From Octopus sinensis (lineage: Eukaryota), in contig NC_043010.1 of assembly GCF_006345805.1 (NCBI RefSeq), forward strand, positions 27,962,001-28,026,000: a stretch of DNA of 64,000 nucleotides. The letters run 5' to 3'. The translations under genes and the position numbers were made by a program. Shown in pieces: positions 27,837-41,129 of the stretch (its first letter is position 1; every line of letters begins with the position of its first letter). The notes under the pieces are model-generated. The model had not been told where the DNA came from and ran no database searches. It saw only the letters and a program-made list of their open reading frames with translations.

Positions 27837-30334
27837 ATTATTATTATCATCATCATCATTTTAATGTCTACTTTTCCATGCATGCATGTGTTGGACAAAG
27901 CTTACTGAAGCAGATTTTCTATGGCAAGAAGCCCTTCCTGTTGCCAATCCTTACTTGTTTCCAAGTAAGGTAATATTTCCCCCGAGGCCACAAGACATAT
28001 TTTTCACAGAATACTGGAAAGGAACAAGTGACACTCATTTACAACTATCACACAATGTCAAGACAAGGATATACACACACACACATGTACAACAGGCTTC
28101 TGTCAACTTCTGTCTTCCAAATTCACTCGTAAGGCTTTGGCTGGTTTGGGGCTATAGTAGAAAGCATTTGCCCAAGGTACCTTGCAGTGGGACTGAACCT
28201 GAAACCATGAATTTGGGAAGCAAACTTACATCATTTTAACGTTATGTCTACTTCCCATGCTGACATGGCTAGGATGGTTTGACAGGATTCAACATGCCAG
28301 AGAACCTTGTCTTCCAACAATGTCTTATTTTTTGGCATGGTTTTTTTTTTTAAAGTCAGATGCGATCCCTAACACCAACCACTCTACGGTGTATTGGATG
28401 CGAGATATGGCACCAGCACTGTTGGAGGTCGCATTACAGCTTGCAGAGAAAAAGAGAGAGAGAGAAATATATTCATAATATGCAAATCAAAATAGGGGTC
28501 GAAACTGGATGTGGTTCCTCCTGATGATGTCTTGAGTTAACTGGATCCTATAAAGGAGCTGTTGTGGGAGCAGACCACGAAACATGGTTGAAATTCTTCC
28601 TGCAAGTTTTCTGTTTATGTAATGAAGAAGAGAGCAAGGCTTTGGAGACTGGTATTAATGGTAATGTATAATGTTCCTAAAACTATGCAAAAGACAGACA
28701 GACAGACAAACACATACACAAACAACACACACGTTTATACATGTGTAAAAAAAAAACAGGTAAAGAATTGAAGATTGAAGTCTGTCTGATAATTGTTAAT
28801 TTACCTATCCACACTTGGAAGGTTCTTTGAACATGAAACCATCCAGTAACATGAATTGGCTGTTATGAGACTAAATTCATAATATTTTGTGTGTGTATAT
28901 ATATCCAAACACACACACACACTAAAAGGTAGATTGAATATTTACTTCATACAACTGCCAAGATGAAAAATTAAAACAATAAATATATCAAATAAATACA
29001 AATATAAAAGAAAAAAAATTCGCCTTATTTGGAGCAAATTTGTACAAATGCTGTAGAAGACACAGCTTCATAAATATCTTATTTTTTACATCATTATACT
29101 TTGCAAAGGTAGCATATTGAATTCCTAAGTTTGATGGCGTAATTAACTCTCGTTACCAATTTGGTTAATGCTTCAGAAGCTTTCTGGGGTTTAGAAATGG
29201 CATTTATTGAAGAATAAAGCAGTAAAACAACTAAAAACATGGCACCAAGATGCATATCCAAATCTGTGCCACCACATAGAATGGAGGTGATGAGGAAGAA
29301 AAAAATGTTGCTCTTTCTACAAGTATAATTTTAAATTAGAAATCTTTTACAAAATTGTGTAAGATAAATGATGTTTTTAAAATTATTTGGTCAAATTTCT
29401 TAAGATTACTTATTATTAATTGTAACAAAACAATAATCAAAAAAGAAATCCGAAAATTTGAAATGGTTCCTTCAGATTGTGTGGTGAAGCCCTAAGCTTG
29501 TTAAACATATGCCCTAAGTCCAGCCTAATCCTATTTCCTTATCAAATCTCAATTTATAAATACAGCCTCCTCAGTCAGAGATAAATTTGGAGAGAATGGT
29601 TTATTACTTAATAATATAAATTCTAACAAAACTGTTCTGAATGCAAAAAAAAAAAAAAAAATGAGAATTTGATTGGTTTTTTTTCAGGTTATAAGATAAG
29701 GTCAAGATTGTGAAGCAGGCCCCTCCCCAGTTTGTAGTTGGTTAGCATATAACCCTCTATCTTATTTCTCTATCAAACCCTAATTCATAAAGAGAACAAG
29801 GCTGCAAAGAGGCCTGGTTGAGGACACTAATTGTTTTATTAAGTGCCCTGTAGTGTCACTGAAAATTGTGCATTAGGATTTTCAAATCCATCCATAACCA
29901 CTACCACTACATTGTTAGATATAACACCTGATGGTTCCACTTCTGGGCCATTTTTTGCTAATTGCACTTCAGCCTCAAAGAGCTAAGAAATAGAAGATTG
30001 TTATGAATGAAACGTGTGAACCAAGTAAAATTCTAAAACAAAAAAAAACAAAAAAAAAAATTTTTTTTGAGGCTCCTAACAAGAAGAATGGGGGAAGATA
30101 GCTTTATAAAATAAAATTAAATATTGTTTTTTAAATAATGCTTTCAAATTATAAATCAAAAAAGGGTAACAAACAAAAAAATGTATATATATTCCTGAGG
30201 ACAAACAAAAACAAAAAAAAATGTGAAGAAACTCTTCATACTCTGCTCAACTTCAAATAAAAACATTTATCTTTGTTGAGGTTGAAAATAAAATAAATAA
30301 AAAACAAAAGCAACAACATCTACACCATAAACAT

Positions 30335-30369
<35 letters not shown>

Positions 30370-30407
30370 CACACATGTATTCCATATATTCTTGAAGAGC
30401 ATATTTA

Positions 30408-30954
30408 TGAGGTCTGATCCAAAAGTATCAGAACTGGTGTGATGGTAACAGAACTAAAGAACACAGAGTAAAGCCATTTAATACAGATGAACCTTCAACT
30501 CTGTGACGCATGCACACACTAAGTGACAATGTTGCCCACTCACTTCTGTTTGTTCATAGCAGTGCCTGGAAGTGAAGTGTGTAGAATGCTGGTCGTCTCA
30601 AAAAGAGGAATGGGTTTCAGCAGCAGCACAGGATCTCTTTGATTGCATGGAGGAAGACAAAAGACTTTTTGAGATTGGTCAGAACAGGTGATGAATCGTG
30701 CGTCTGTGGCTACGACCTCAAAACCAAAATCAAATCCCAATTGAAAGGAACAAGATTTGAAGATGGCAAGGAAATCCACGAGAATGCAATGAGGCAACAG
30801 CTTGCTATCCCAAAAATGGAGTTCAAGGAATGCTTCCATCGATGGAAACAATGTGACTTCAGACAAGGACTACTTTGAAGGAGATTAAATAAATTGATGT
30901 GTATTGTAGCTTTCTTTTATAGCACCACAACTGAAATTCTTTGATCAGATCTCA
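30408..30954 (+). mobile_element. Internally deleted mariner-type DNA transposon
   Basis: TA flanks. Imperfect TIRs (tgaggtctgatccaaaag / ctttgatcagatctca). Peptides TGDESCVCGYDLKTK and LKGTRFED...LAIPK.EFKECFHRWK...DYFEG. Confidence 0.85.
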
Positions 30955-30975
30955 TACATACACACTCAAATAGCT

Positions 30976-31033
<58 letters not shown>

Positions 31034-31436
31034 GTATATATGTATATATATGTATATATGTATATATATGTGTGTGTGTGTGTATAGATAGATAAATACA
31101 TAGATAGAAGATAGGCAAATAGATGGAAACATGCACACACACACACTACATATATATGTAAATGAAGCACATCTGCATATTTCAGTTCTCCAAGTATATG
31201 TCTGTAGGCTTTACGATCCATATAAAAGTAATATTTTTTATTCTCCAGCTGATGGATGACCAATGGCAGATTTATTCTATGTTTTCTCACAAGTATAGCA
31301 ATGTGACTCCAATAGGTAAAGAAACACATGTAATATGGAATACACAATACCAAAATTTTCCAGTTTTCTGTTTTTATATATGTATACACATTCTGTTGTG
31401 TCTGGGGAATCATTCTTTTTAAGTGCCTTATAATTT

Positions 31437-31715
31437 AAAACACTCACTGGTAAAATTTCCACTTATTTCCTACTTTATTTTTCTAAAATTTTCGTTGTAT
31501 CTTGCAACCTTTTCAATAGTTTTGATTCTCTTGAAAAGGCTGCAAGATGCAACGAAAATTTTAGAAAAATAAAAAAAGAAATAAGTGGCAATTTTACCAG
31601 TGAGTGTGTTAAATAATAAGGAACTAAAACAGAATGAATCTCCCTAGACACAACAGAATATGCTTCAACACACAAACTCTCACAAACCAAATCCAAAAAT
31701 GGAATATATATAGTT
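31437..31715. repeat. TA-associated repeat with an 80-bp inverted repeat; half-copy at 54630-54840
   Basis: Arms 31437-31516 and 31531-31610, about 6 mismatches, 14-nt loop. Confidence 0.85.
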
Positions 31716-32375
31716 TTCATGAAGCAATGGCTGATAAATAGAAATGCTTAAATTTTTTTTTAAAGCCAAACTAATGCCTTGTTTTGGCTTAAACAAAACA
31801 AAAGTTAGCACTCTAGCCTGGTATTTCAATATTTCATGGCCAGGACATCTTCTACAGGAAATCTTTGGAGAAAATGCTAATAGCTAACTTCTCTGCTCTG
31901 AAATCAGCTATCAGCAAAAAGTGTTAGTGGTTGAGTATTCCAAAGACACATGTGTGTGTCAGAATCAACATGATAAGGTATGGGACTTAGTGTGTGACAA
32001 GGGTACTCTTTAAAAATTTTGATACAATCCACGTAACAGAATTGCACACTGTTCACACACAGGGCTTGGGGTGACCAGAGGCCATGCTAAAAGATACTTG
32101 CCCTAGAGGGAACACAAGGTGCCAGAGGATTGGATCCTGCAGTGCCTTGTGAGTACAAAACAATCTTTTGTAACCACTTGGTCTTCCCTGTTACACATGT
32201 GTGTGGGTGTATCTGTATTTATGCATGCATGTATGTGTATGTGTGAGTATGTATGTATGTATGTATGTATGTGTGCATGCACATATGTATACATACATAT
32301 ATATATATATGTATGTAAATATATTTATATATATATATGCATGTATGTGGATATGTATTATGTGTGTGTGAATAA

Positions 32376-32412
<37 letters not shown>

Positions 32413-32600
32413 ACAGCTTTCTATAATGATAAATAGAAAATAAATGAAACTTCTCTCCATTCCCCTTGTTCCTGCTCTCAGACACACATGGAAAGTAAAT
32501 AGTATAAAAAAAAGGACAAAAATATGTTTCCCCCCATCCCTCCTTCGCCCCATACATCCACCCAGACAGACAAAGACAAACAGACAGACAAAGGAATCAT

Positions 32601-32885
32601 TCATAACATGCTACTGTTTGTTAGGACCATTGTATCAGCTCGAATCATACTGAGTTCATCTGACTGTAACTGGTTTAACGAGGTGCGGCTTTTGCTGAAC
32701 GGTTTTATGTCGGCCACCATCGACAGATGCTTTGCCATGGCACCTCGCAATGGAGGTGTACCACATTCGACAGACGGATTCATGAGCTGGTCGACTACCT
32801 TGGCCAATCGCTCACCGACTAATGAATAGTTGCTGCAGTCTTCGGTCACATAATACCAGTCAGATTCTAAGACACCAGTAGGACA
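32601..32885 (-). CDS. Terminal coding exon (CPTGVLESDWYYVTEDCSNYSLVGERLAKVVDQLMNPS...MVLTNSSML*)
   Basis: Strong acceptor ttttattttcctttctttgcag, phase 0. 94 codons then TGA at 32603-32601. CpG-richer than flanks. Continues KIFE|CPTGV in frame across a ~23-kb intron. T-rich UTR-like sequence follows. Confidence 0.85.
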   Translation of the reverse strand, partial: CPTGVLESDWYYVTEDCSNYSLVGERLAKVVDQLMNPSVECGTPPLRGAMAKHLSMVADIKPFSKSRTSLNQLQSDELSMIRADTMVLTNSSML

Positions 32886-34199
32886 CTGCAAAGAAAGGAA
32901 AATAAAAAAAAATATGGTGAGAAAGACAGAGATAATAGATATATTCTACCTGGATACAGAATTAGTTCATTGATTAAATATTTCAATATTTGAGAATTGT
33001 TGTTAAAGAAATTACAATCTTCCACAAACCAGAACTATTAATTTTCTTAATCAGGCAAAGAGACATGGTGCCAGTTGACAATCGGTGTCTTAGAACTGAT
33101 TGTCAAGAGACATCATGTGTCTTACTCCAGGATGTTCAGTATTGGATTCAAATGAAATATTTATTTCTAGACTAATCATCATCATCATTATTTGACATCT
33201 GTTGTCCATGTTGGCATGTTTGACTGGGTTGGCATGCTGGAAGGCTACATCAGACTCCACTCTGATTTGGTATGGTTTTCTACAGCTGGATGCCCTTCCT
33301 AACACCAACCACTCTCAGAGTGTAATGGGTGCTTTTATGTGCCACCGGCATGGGTGCCATTTGCATGACACCAGTATCTGCCATGACTGCAATTTTGCTC
33401 AACTTGATGGGTCTTCTCCTCAAGCTATGGTAACAAAAAGCACCAGTCGATAGGATGTAAAAAGCACTCTGTAAAGTGGTTGGCGTTAGGAAGGGGTATC
33501 TGGCTGTAGAAACCACGCCAGAGCAGACAATGGTACCTAATGTAGCTCTCCAGTTCACCTGGCTCCTGTCAAACAGTCTAACCCATGTCGACATGGAAAA
33601 CAGATGTTAAATCCTGATGATTCTTATATCTTGAGTCAGGAATCAGTCAACAGTTTCAGGAATGCAATCTGGATTAGAAATGTTTTAGTGTTGAAGACAA
33701 AAGCAAACGGAGAGAAAAAAAAAATTAAACCATCACCATTGAAGCCTTTCAATGACAATGTGAAATCCTTGTGTTGTAGTGGATTGCATGCCTCAATGAT
33801 CCAGGGAACCATGTCACTAAAGTGCAGGCTACTGGCAGGGCCTCCCATACTGGATAGATCAAGGGATAGGGGGTTAGACTATTAGGGTTCACCTCTTCCC
33901 AAAGGTAAAAATGGGCTTGTGTAGGGCCAACACCCTTACTAGTAAAAACCAAAGTTACAGAAGCATTCAAGATAATTCAAAACCAATGAGATCTGGGAGA
34001 GGAAGGTCTTTCCTTGGGGAAATATAAGGTACAGTGCATGAAAATCTGAAAGGACTGAAGCAGAACTGAAAAAGCAGGGGTCAAAATGGAAAGCAGCAGA
34101 AAAGAGAGGGTCAAGAACAATGGAAATAAGTCACAATGGCCTATATTCCTTAGGGAGAAAAGGGTTTAAGTAAGTATGGAAGCCTATAAACACAATTCC

Positions 34200-34328
34200 T
34201 TCCTTTATTTACATTTAATGGATATTTGTCCTCACAACGTTTCGGCTGATATACCCTCCACCCTTCATCAGGTATCTTGAGGAAATTTCGAACCTGGGTT
34301 CTCATTCCTAAGGTATTTTTCGATGTTG

Positions 34329-34367
<39 letters not shown>

Positions 34368-34510
34368 TCACTGCTTGGAATTGAAATTTCCCTAAGACAC
34401 CTGATGAAGGCTGGAAGGTATATCAGGTGAAACGTTGTGTTATCAACAAACAAGATGAGGACAAATATCCGTCAAATGTAAATAATGTACATAATTCGTC
34501 ATCTCTTGAA
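34200..34510. mobile_element. Inverted (divergent) pair of hammerhead-SINE tails
   Basis: Minus copy 34200-34385 and plus tail 34385-34510, each with CTGATGA...GAAACGTT. Confidence 0.8.
34396..34441 (+). ncRNA. Candidate minimal type-I hammerhead ribozyme
   Basis: GACAC-CUGAUGA-A-GGCUG(loop 10)CAGGU-GAAACGU-U-GUGUU. Helix I 5 bp; helix II has one mismatch in this copy. Confidence 0.6.
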
Positions 34511-34869
34511 TTCAGAACTGAGTTCCTTCCTTTCTTTGAATTTTTTTTTTTAAATGCCATCAGTTATAATGAAGGAATTTGTATTCATTTAACGATGGAC
34601 AAAATCATTGTGTTATAATAGCATATGCAGAGAGCAGAGTTAAAACACTTTTAGTTAAACTGAAGAAGAGTCATGGTGACTTTAAGGTAAATATGAAAGC
34701 TGCCAGTTTTACTTTCTTCCTTCAACAAGAAAACATTTTTGTGCTGACATGTAGCTGGAGCAAAGCCCCAGCCAGGCTGGGAGTAACATGTGGGTGGAAT
34801 GTTGAGGTTGATAGACAAGTTTAGAAAGACTGGAAGGATGGTGGTAATAGGGAGTACTACTTAATGACT

Positions 34870-35715
34870 AGAAGGGTATTTAGACAACAGGTGCACTTGG
34901 CTAAAGGTGTCCTGCAATGTGAGGATCAGAGGCAGGAAGTGTCCAGCATTGTGAGACAATGCATGAGAGAGGACCAAGATGTCATTGGAGTGAAAGGAAC
35001 TGGTGTGGAAGAGCTTTTATGAAAGGCCGTTGAATGTGGAGAACCCTTGGGATAAACAGAGATTACCCTTTGCTGACCCAATAGAGGGACCAGCAATTAA
35101 AGTTGATGGTAATGTGGTAGATAAAGTGATCAAAGACAAGAAGAGGGGGGAAACTGTGGATTCACTGCAGATAGTTGCAGAGATGCTTAAAATATCTGGG
35201 GAAGTACGATGAAAGATTACTACTACCACCTGGATAGTTAATCAAGTCACTCAGGAGGGTGTTATACTCAATGGCTAGCATAACAGTATCATCATAAACT
35301 GCTACAAGAGCAAAGGTGGTGCCTTAGAGAGAAGCAACTATAGGGGAATCAAACTACAACATCAAGTTATGAAAGTCACAGAGGAAGTCATAGTCCAAAT
35401 GATGCATGAATAGACTTGGATGAGATGTAGTTAGGCTTTGTTCCTAGAAGAGGCACCACAGATGAAATCTTTCTTGTAAGACACCAACTGGAAAAATACC
35501 TGGCTAAGATTAAAATGATATACCTGGCTTTCATTGATTTGGAGAAAGCATTTGACAGGGTACCACGTTCATTAATCTGACAGGCATTGAGGAAACTAGG
35601 AGTAGATGATTGGCTTGTGTGACGGGTTCAAGTCATGTACAAGGATGCAGTGAGAGTTCAGTGATGAAGTTAGCAATCTTTTTCTAAACATCATAGTCTG
35701 ACACGTCATTACAGA
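34870..35715 (+). mobile_element. Older, heavily mutated RTE-LINE RT fragment
   Basis: WKSFYERPLNVENPWDK, EGPAIKVD, AEMLKISG, NYRGIKL, LAFIDLEKAFDRVP are recognisable, with many stops. Homologous to 42828-43480. Confidence 0.9.
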
Positions 35716-36103
35716 GGAATTGTGTGTAAGAAAGAATTGTGCCGGTAAGGACATGTGATAATTCTCAACAACATAATTTCAGGTTTAGTCCCATTGTATG
35801 GCACTCTGATCAAGTGTCTGCTACTACAACCCCAGGCTAACCAAAACCTTGAGAGTAAATTTGGAAGATGGAAACTGAAAGAAGTCATCCTGTGTAAATG
35901 CGTCTCATTACTCACAGAAATCTATAAATATACTGCTGCTATTTCTACCAACCCTAATGTGACTACCACCCTGTTTTTATCTTTTCTGCAACTAGCATTT
36001 ACAAGCTGGACACTGAGAGAGAGAGAGAGATTCCCCAGGTGGTCAACCCTTTTGAGACAAACACACCTGAAACTACTCCTTGGTTCTGTGATAGAAATGT
36101 CAG

Positions 36104-36359
36104 GTTTTAACCCTTTAGCATTCAGGTTACTCTGTCAAATGAAATGCTTATTTATTCACATTGTTTTGAAATAATTATTTTCATAGGCACAGGAGTGGCT
36201 GTTTGGTAAGTAGCTTGCTTACCAACCACATGGTTCCGAGTTCAATCCCACTGTGTGGCACTTTGGGCAAGTGTCTTCTACTATAGCCTCAGGCTGACCA
36301 AAGTCTTGTGAGTGGATTTGGTAGATGGAAACTGAAAGAAGCCTGCTGTATATATATAT

Positions 36360-36404
<45 letters not shown>

Positions 36405-36685
36405 TGGTGTGTTTACGTCCCTGTAACTTAGCGGTTCAGCAAAAGAGACTGATAGAATAAGTACTAGGCTTACAAAGAATAAGTTCTGGGGTCAATTTGC
36501 TCGACTAAAGGCCATGCTCCAGCATGGCCGCAGTCAAATGACTGAAACAAGTAAAAGAGTATATTTTGACGATGTGATTGTTTATTTTTACAATGACATT
36601 GTAGGATAGGCGTGAGAGACCAGATCTGGATGGTTTGAACATAAAACAGAATATTTAGGTCAGATATGGCTGGTTAAAGAAATCT
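36104..36685. mobile_element. Second TTAA-CCCTTT MITE type, split by a SINE at 36185-36560
   Basis: Starts ttaaccctttagcattcag. AT-rich body resumes after the SINE tail. Right end degraded. Confidence 0.5.
36185..36560 (+). mobile_element. SINE family A, full length
   Basis: Complete head-to-tail match to 5713-6145. Confidence 0.9.
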
Positions 36686-36729
36686 AAATTGAAACCATAT
36701 CAGGTCAGGTCTGCAAGATACCTTCTCAT

Positions 36730-37070
36730 CTACAGGGATCATATTCGCAGGTCCACCTGGGCAACCTGTCAAACAGAGTTCCAGTCAGTCCCCATCTCTG
36801 TGAGATACCTCCTCTTCTACTGGGGCTATGTGGAATGTTGTAGTCAACCAGCTTGTGCCATCAACCCAGCCAGATCCTCAGTGAAGAGAACATGGTAAGC
36901 AGAGTCGAACTTGGAAAATTGAGCGACATGGCCAACCAGTCTGATTCAGGGGCATCCATATCCAGGCTATTTAATTCTTTCAATTTACAGCATCGTATTT
37001 CAAACTGTGAACTTATGAAGGACAGCACAACCTCAGTGAAGATGTGACAACCTTAACTTGGAATGTCGAC
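36730..37070 (-). mobile_element. Old RTE-like LINE C-terminal remnant
   Basis: Minus frames give FEIRCC..L....D.PES..L...NFPSSTLL...LRIWLG*WHKLVDYNIP. This matches the RTE pattern F..RCL..IL....D...N.EVL....PS..TLL..RRLRWLGHV.R..D.RIP. Confidence 0.6.
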
Positions 37071-38599
37071 TGAACAAAAAACAAAGAAAAAAAATGGGGG
37101 GAAAAATGCATTCATTTATTTGATTGGCTATCTTTATGTTATGGTCCCGGATACTCAAAAAGTTCTTACTAAGAGCCACCCAATAACAAGAACAGAACAT
37201 TAAATCAAGAAAGAAAGGTAGGAAGGAAGGAAGGAAGGAAAGAAGGAAATGAAACTGATATGAATGAAGTGTGCAACGTTTGTAGCCAAAGAGATTGTCT
37301 GGGTTGTGTAAACTGAGATCTGAAGAGTCGATTTCCTCATCGATTGATTTCCCTGATATAAATATAGATCAGCTAAAAATCAATATATTATTATCATTAT
37401 TATCATCGCCCAACAGGAAGTGGAAGATTTGTTTGTTGTTGTTGTTGTTAAAATAAATCAGACCAAAACAAAAACAAAAAAACAAACAATTAGTCTCAAA
37501 GTGTTTGTCAAATGTTAGTGTTATTGTTGTTGTTGCACATCTATTTTAGAGACCAGAACAAATACAGATTTTAGACATGCCTCACTGATCATTATTATTA
37601 TTATTATTATTACTATTATCATCATCATTATTATTGTACATGGTTTGTGGGCAACAAGTCAAGGTTTATACAAATATATACAAGTGTCGGCTAGTTTAGT
37701 TCTGGTGTGTGTGTGTGATTGCTAGTCTGTCTGTAACCTCTATGATGCAGGTTCAATTCACAGGTAACTCACTTTCCCTATGATTGTTCTTCCCATCCAA
37801 GGCCTCCAACTGTAATCAACAGCTTTTAGAGATGGAGAGTGGGAGAGAGAGAAAGAGTAGGAAAGTGAGAGTAGCAGGAGGGAGAGAAAGAAGGGTGGAG
37901 GGAAAGGGAGTAAGGGAGAGGGGAGGAGGAGAAAGCGAAGAGAAAGAGAGAGGCAGGCTCGGTTAGTTTGGGTTGCCATCTTTTGTTTATAAGTTTGTTG
38001 GATAAGAAGGGACAGAGCCCATGTTCTTTGAGTTCCACACTCTCCCAAATTCACTGATAGGGCTGATATGCAACCAAACAAAATCGTGGTTTGAGAATTT
38101 GACTTTATTATGTATAATTACATCATTAAGTCATTACAAAGTTTGTTTGTTGTTTATATATCTGATTACTGACAAGATTTAATTAGAACTGCTCAAACAG
38201 ACAAGCCCTTAGTTGGGGATACCTGACCAAAGGAAAATAATATTTGAATTCTTGCAACAGGTCTCATAATACATTAAAAATTAGAGAATCTTCGCATATT
38301 ATTGTGTGTTTTGTATTGTCCCTCTCGTCCATTGCCCTAGTGGCTGACAAGATCAGGGACTAGTTGCCATTTTGAAAACTATATATTTCAAATGGGAATT
38401 TGGCAGCGCCACCTCTAACCAAACAATTATTCTGTGCTGATGAAGAGAAATAACTCAGAAATCGCAATACACAGATATTGTTTTGAGCTGAGTGGGGGTG
38501 CTAGATTCCTTTGTTCAAAAATATAAAGACACATCATGTCATATAGCCAACTGGAATCAATGTCTCCTGGGGCTAAATTACAGCAACATTTGTCCTAAA

Positions 38600-39480
38600 C
38601 CAGGACTGCCATGTTATATTGGCAAAAAATCTTTACTACAAGAATGAACTGGTTAGTCTGTTCTGGAGGACTTTCCGGTTGGGAACTATCATGGGTAATT
38701 TCCAGATGTCCTTCACCTGGCAGTGCTACCAGGGGTCATTACCAGTTCGAAATAAACTCTACAGGCACAGATGTGCAGTTAGACCAACTTGCCTGAGATG
38801 AATGCAGTGACGAAACCATTCTGTACACCCTCGTTCAGTGTCCAGGTATTGCTGACTTGTGGGGTTATGTTGAACAGCTGCTGTCGTATGTGGGATGGAT
38901 CCGTCTGTTGGCTGAGTCTGTAGTGATGATTGCACCACCACCCTCCTTCAATCAGGCAGGCAAGGCAGTTTTTCTTTGCCTGGTGGCTATGGAAAAAGTG
39001 GTTGTTTGGTGGACAAGGCTGAAAGGCAGGAGGACAGATACATTCCCCTTTTGTAGAGCTCTCATTGACTCTTTCAAGTTTCACTTGAGGAGGAAATCAA
39101 GAGTGGAGAGGGAAGTGCTGTCCTCAAGTGAATTTATTGAACGGTGAGTGAAAGATGTGAAAATAGCAACAGTGGATGGTACCTCTCTAAGTGTAGACCT
39201 GTGAGTTGGAGAGGACGCTTGCTCCTAGAGATTTCAGGTAAATCTCAGACAGTGGGGTTCCTCGATTATCCCTAGAGGCCTTCCCGTATCAGGAGGGCCA
39301 CATCTCTATCATCCTCCCCACCACTTCTTTTTTAAACCTTTGTATGCTATGCATATGTCTCTTCTTTTACACAGTATACAATATATACTTTTTTTTTATC
39401 ATTTACCTATATGTAAACCCCAACACTTTATGTCTGTCTCTGTATTGTCTCCATCATCCTTCACCCTTCTGACAAAGAGA
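38600..39480 (+). mobile_element. L1/Tx1-like LINE ORF2 3' end (zf-RVT region) plus 3' UTR
   Basis: FQMSFTWQCYQGSLPVRNKLYRH...PTCLR*.CSDETILYTLVQCPGIADLW is the C-x2-C...ET..H...C..W motif of L1/Tx1 ORF2, with H mutated and frameshifts. Confidence 0.8.
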
Positions 39481-39744
39481 TGAAATCATTATTATCATTA
39501 AGGCAGTGAACTGGCAGAATCGTTACTGTACTGGGAAAAATGCTTAGCGGTATTTCGCCCATCTTTACATTCTAAGTTCAAATTCTGTCAAGGTCAACTT
39601 TGCCTTTCATCCTTTCGGGGTCGATAAATTAAGTACCAGTGAAACGCTGGAGTCCATGTAATTGACTATCCCCTTCCCCAAAATTTCAGGCCATGTGCCT
39701 ATAATAGAAAGGATTATTATTATTATCATTATTATTATTATTAT

Positions 39745-39779
<35 letters not shown>

Positions 39780-41129
39780 ATAGTAGTAGTAGTATTAAAG
39801 CAGTGAGCTGACCGAATCATTAGCATGCCAGGCAAAATGATTAGTAGTGTTTCTTCAGTCTTTACGTCCTCAGCTCAAATTCTGCCGAGGTTAACTTTGC
39901 CTTTCATCCTTCCGGGATCGATAAAATAAGTACCAGTTGAACACTGAGGTTGATGTAATCAACTCATCCCCACCTCCCCCAAGCTGCCCTTGTGGCAAAA
40001 ATTTGAAATAATTATTATTTCACATCCAATCAGCAGGAGTTGATGTGTGGTAAGAAGCTTGCTTACCAATCACATGGTCCTGGGTTCAGACCCACTCATG
40101 GCACCTTGGCTTCTACTATTGCGTTGGACTGACCAAAGCCTTGTGAGTGGATTTGGTGAATGGAAACTGAAAGAAGCCCATCATATATATCATCATCATA
40201 GTTTAATGTCCACTTTCCATGACAATTTGACTGAGGACTGGTGAACCAGATGGCTGCACCAGGCTCCAATCTGATCTGGCAGAGTTTCTATAGCTGGATA
40301 CCCTTCCTAACACCAACCACAGTGTAGTGGGTGCTTTTACGTGCCACTGGCCAGTTTTACAATGGCCAGTCAGGTGGTACTGGCAACGGCCACGCTCAAA
40401 TGGTGTTTTTTATGTGCCACCTGCATAGGAGCCAGTCCAGCAGCACTGGCAACAACCTTGCTCGAATGTTTTTACAAGTGCCAGTAAGGCGACGCTGGTA
40501 ACGATCACACTCGAAATGTGCTTCTTATGTGCCACCAACACAGAAGCCAGTTTGCTGCTCTGGCAACAATCACACTCAGATGGTGCTCTTAGTGCTCTTC
40601 TAGCATGGATGCCAGTCATTGAATTTGATTTCGATTTCGATCAAATTCAATGACTGGCATCCATGCTTGTGGAGATATATATATATGTACATATGTATTT
40701 GTGTGTCTGTGTTTGTCCACCCACCATCACTTGACACCAATGTTGGTATGTTTATGTCCCGTAACTTAGCAGTTTGGCAAAAGAGACCAATGGAATAAGT
40801 ACTGGGCTTAGAAAGAATAAGTCCTGGGATCGATTCGTTCAACTAAAGGTGGTGCTCAAGCATGGCCACAGTCAAATAACTGAAACAAGTAACAGAACAA
40901 AAAAAATAAAAGAATAATCTCGCACATTCTTTGCATTATTTCTCAGATGAACCAAACCAAAAGAGAAAACCAAAAATGGTAAAACCAGCAATTCACTCAT
41001 ATTCTCAGACTATTCCACAGGCACAGAAATCCTATTGAACATTATATCCTCATTTGGGGTTCCTGGTTGGGCCAAATCCAGCAAGGAACCAATAAAAACA
41101 TTTCCACTTCGTCAATGTGGACAGTTATC

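Noticed and set aside
28530-28690. Protein-like frames on both strands
   Set aside because: Neither strand has both good splice sites and an open frame, and no homologue was recognised.
36730-37070. Alternative terminal exon for the SLOG-like gene (strong acceptor at ~37070, an ESDW peptide)
   Set aside because: All frames from the acceptor stop early, and the ESDW frame aligns better to an RTE C-terminus (F..RC...PS..LL..LRIWLG).
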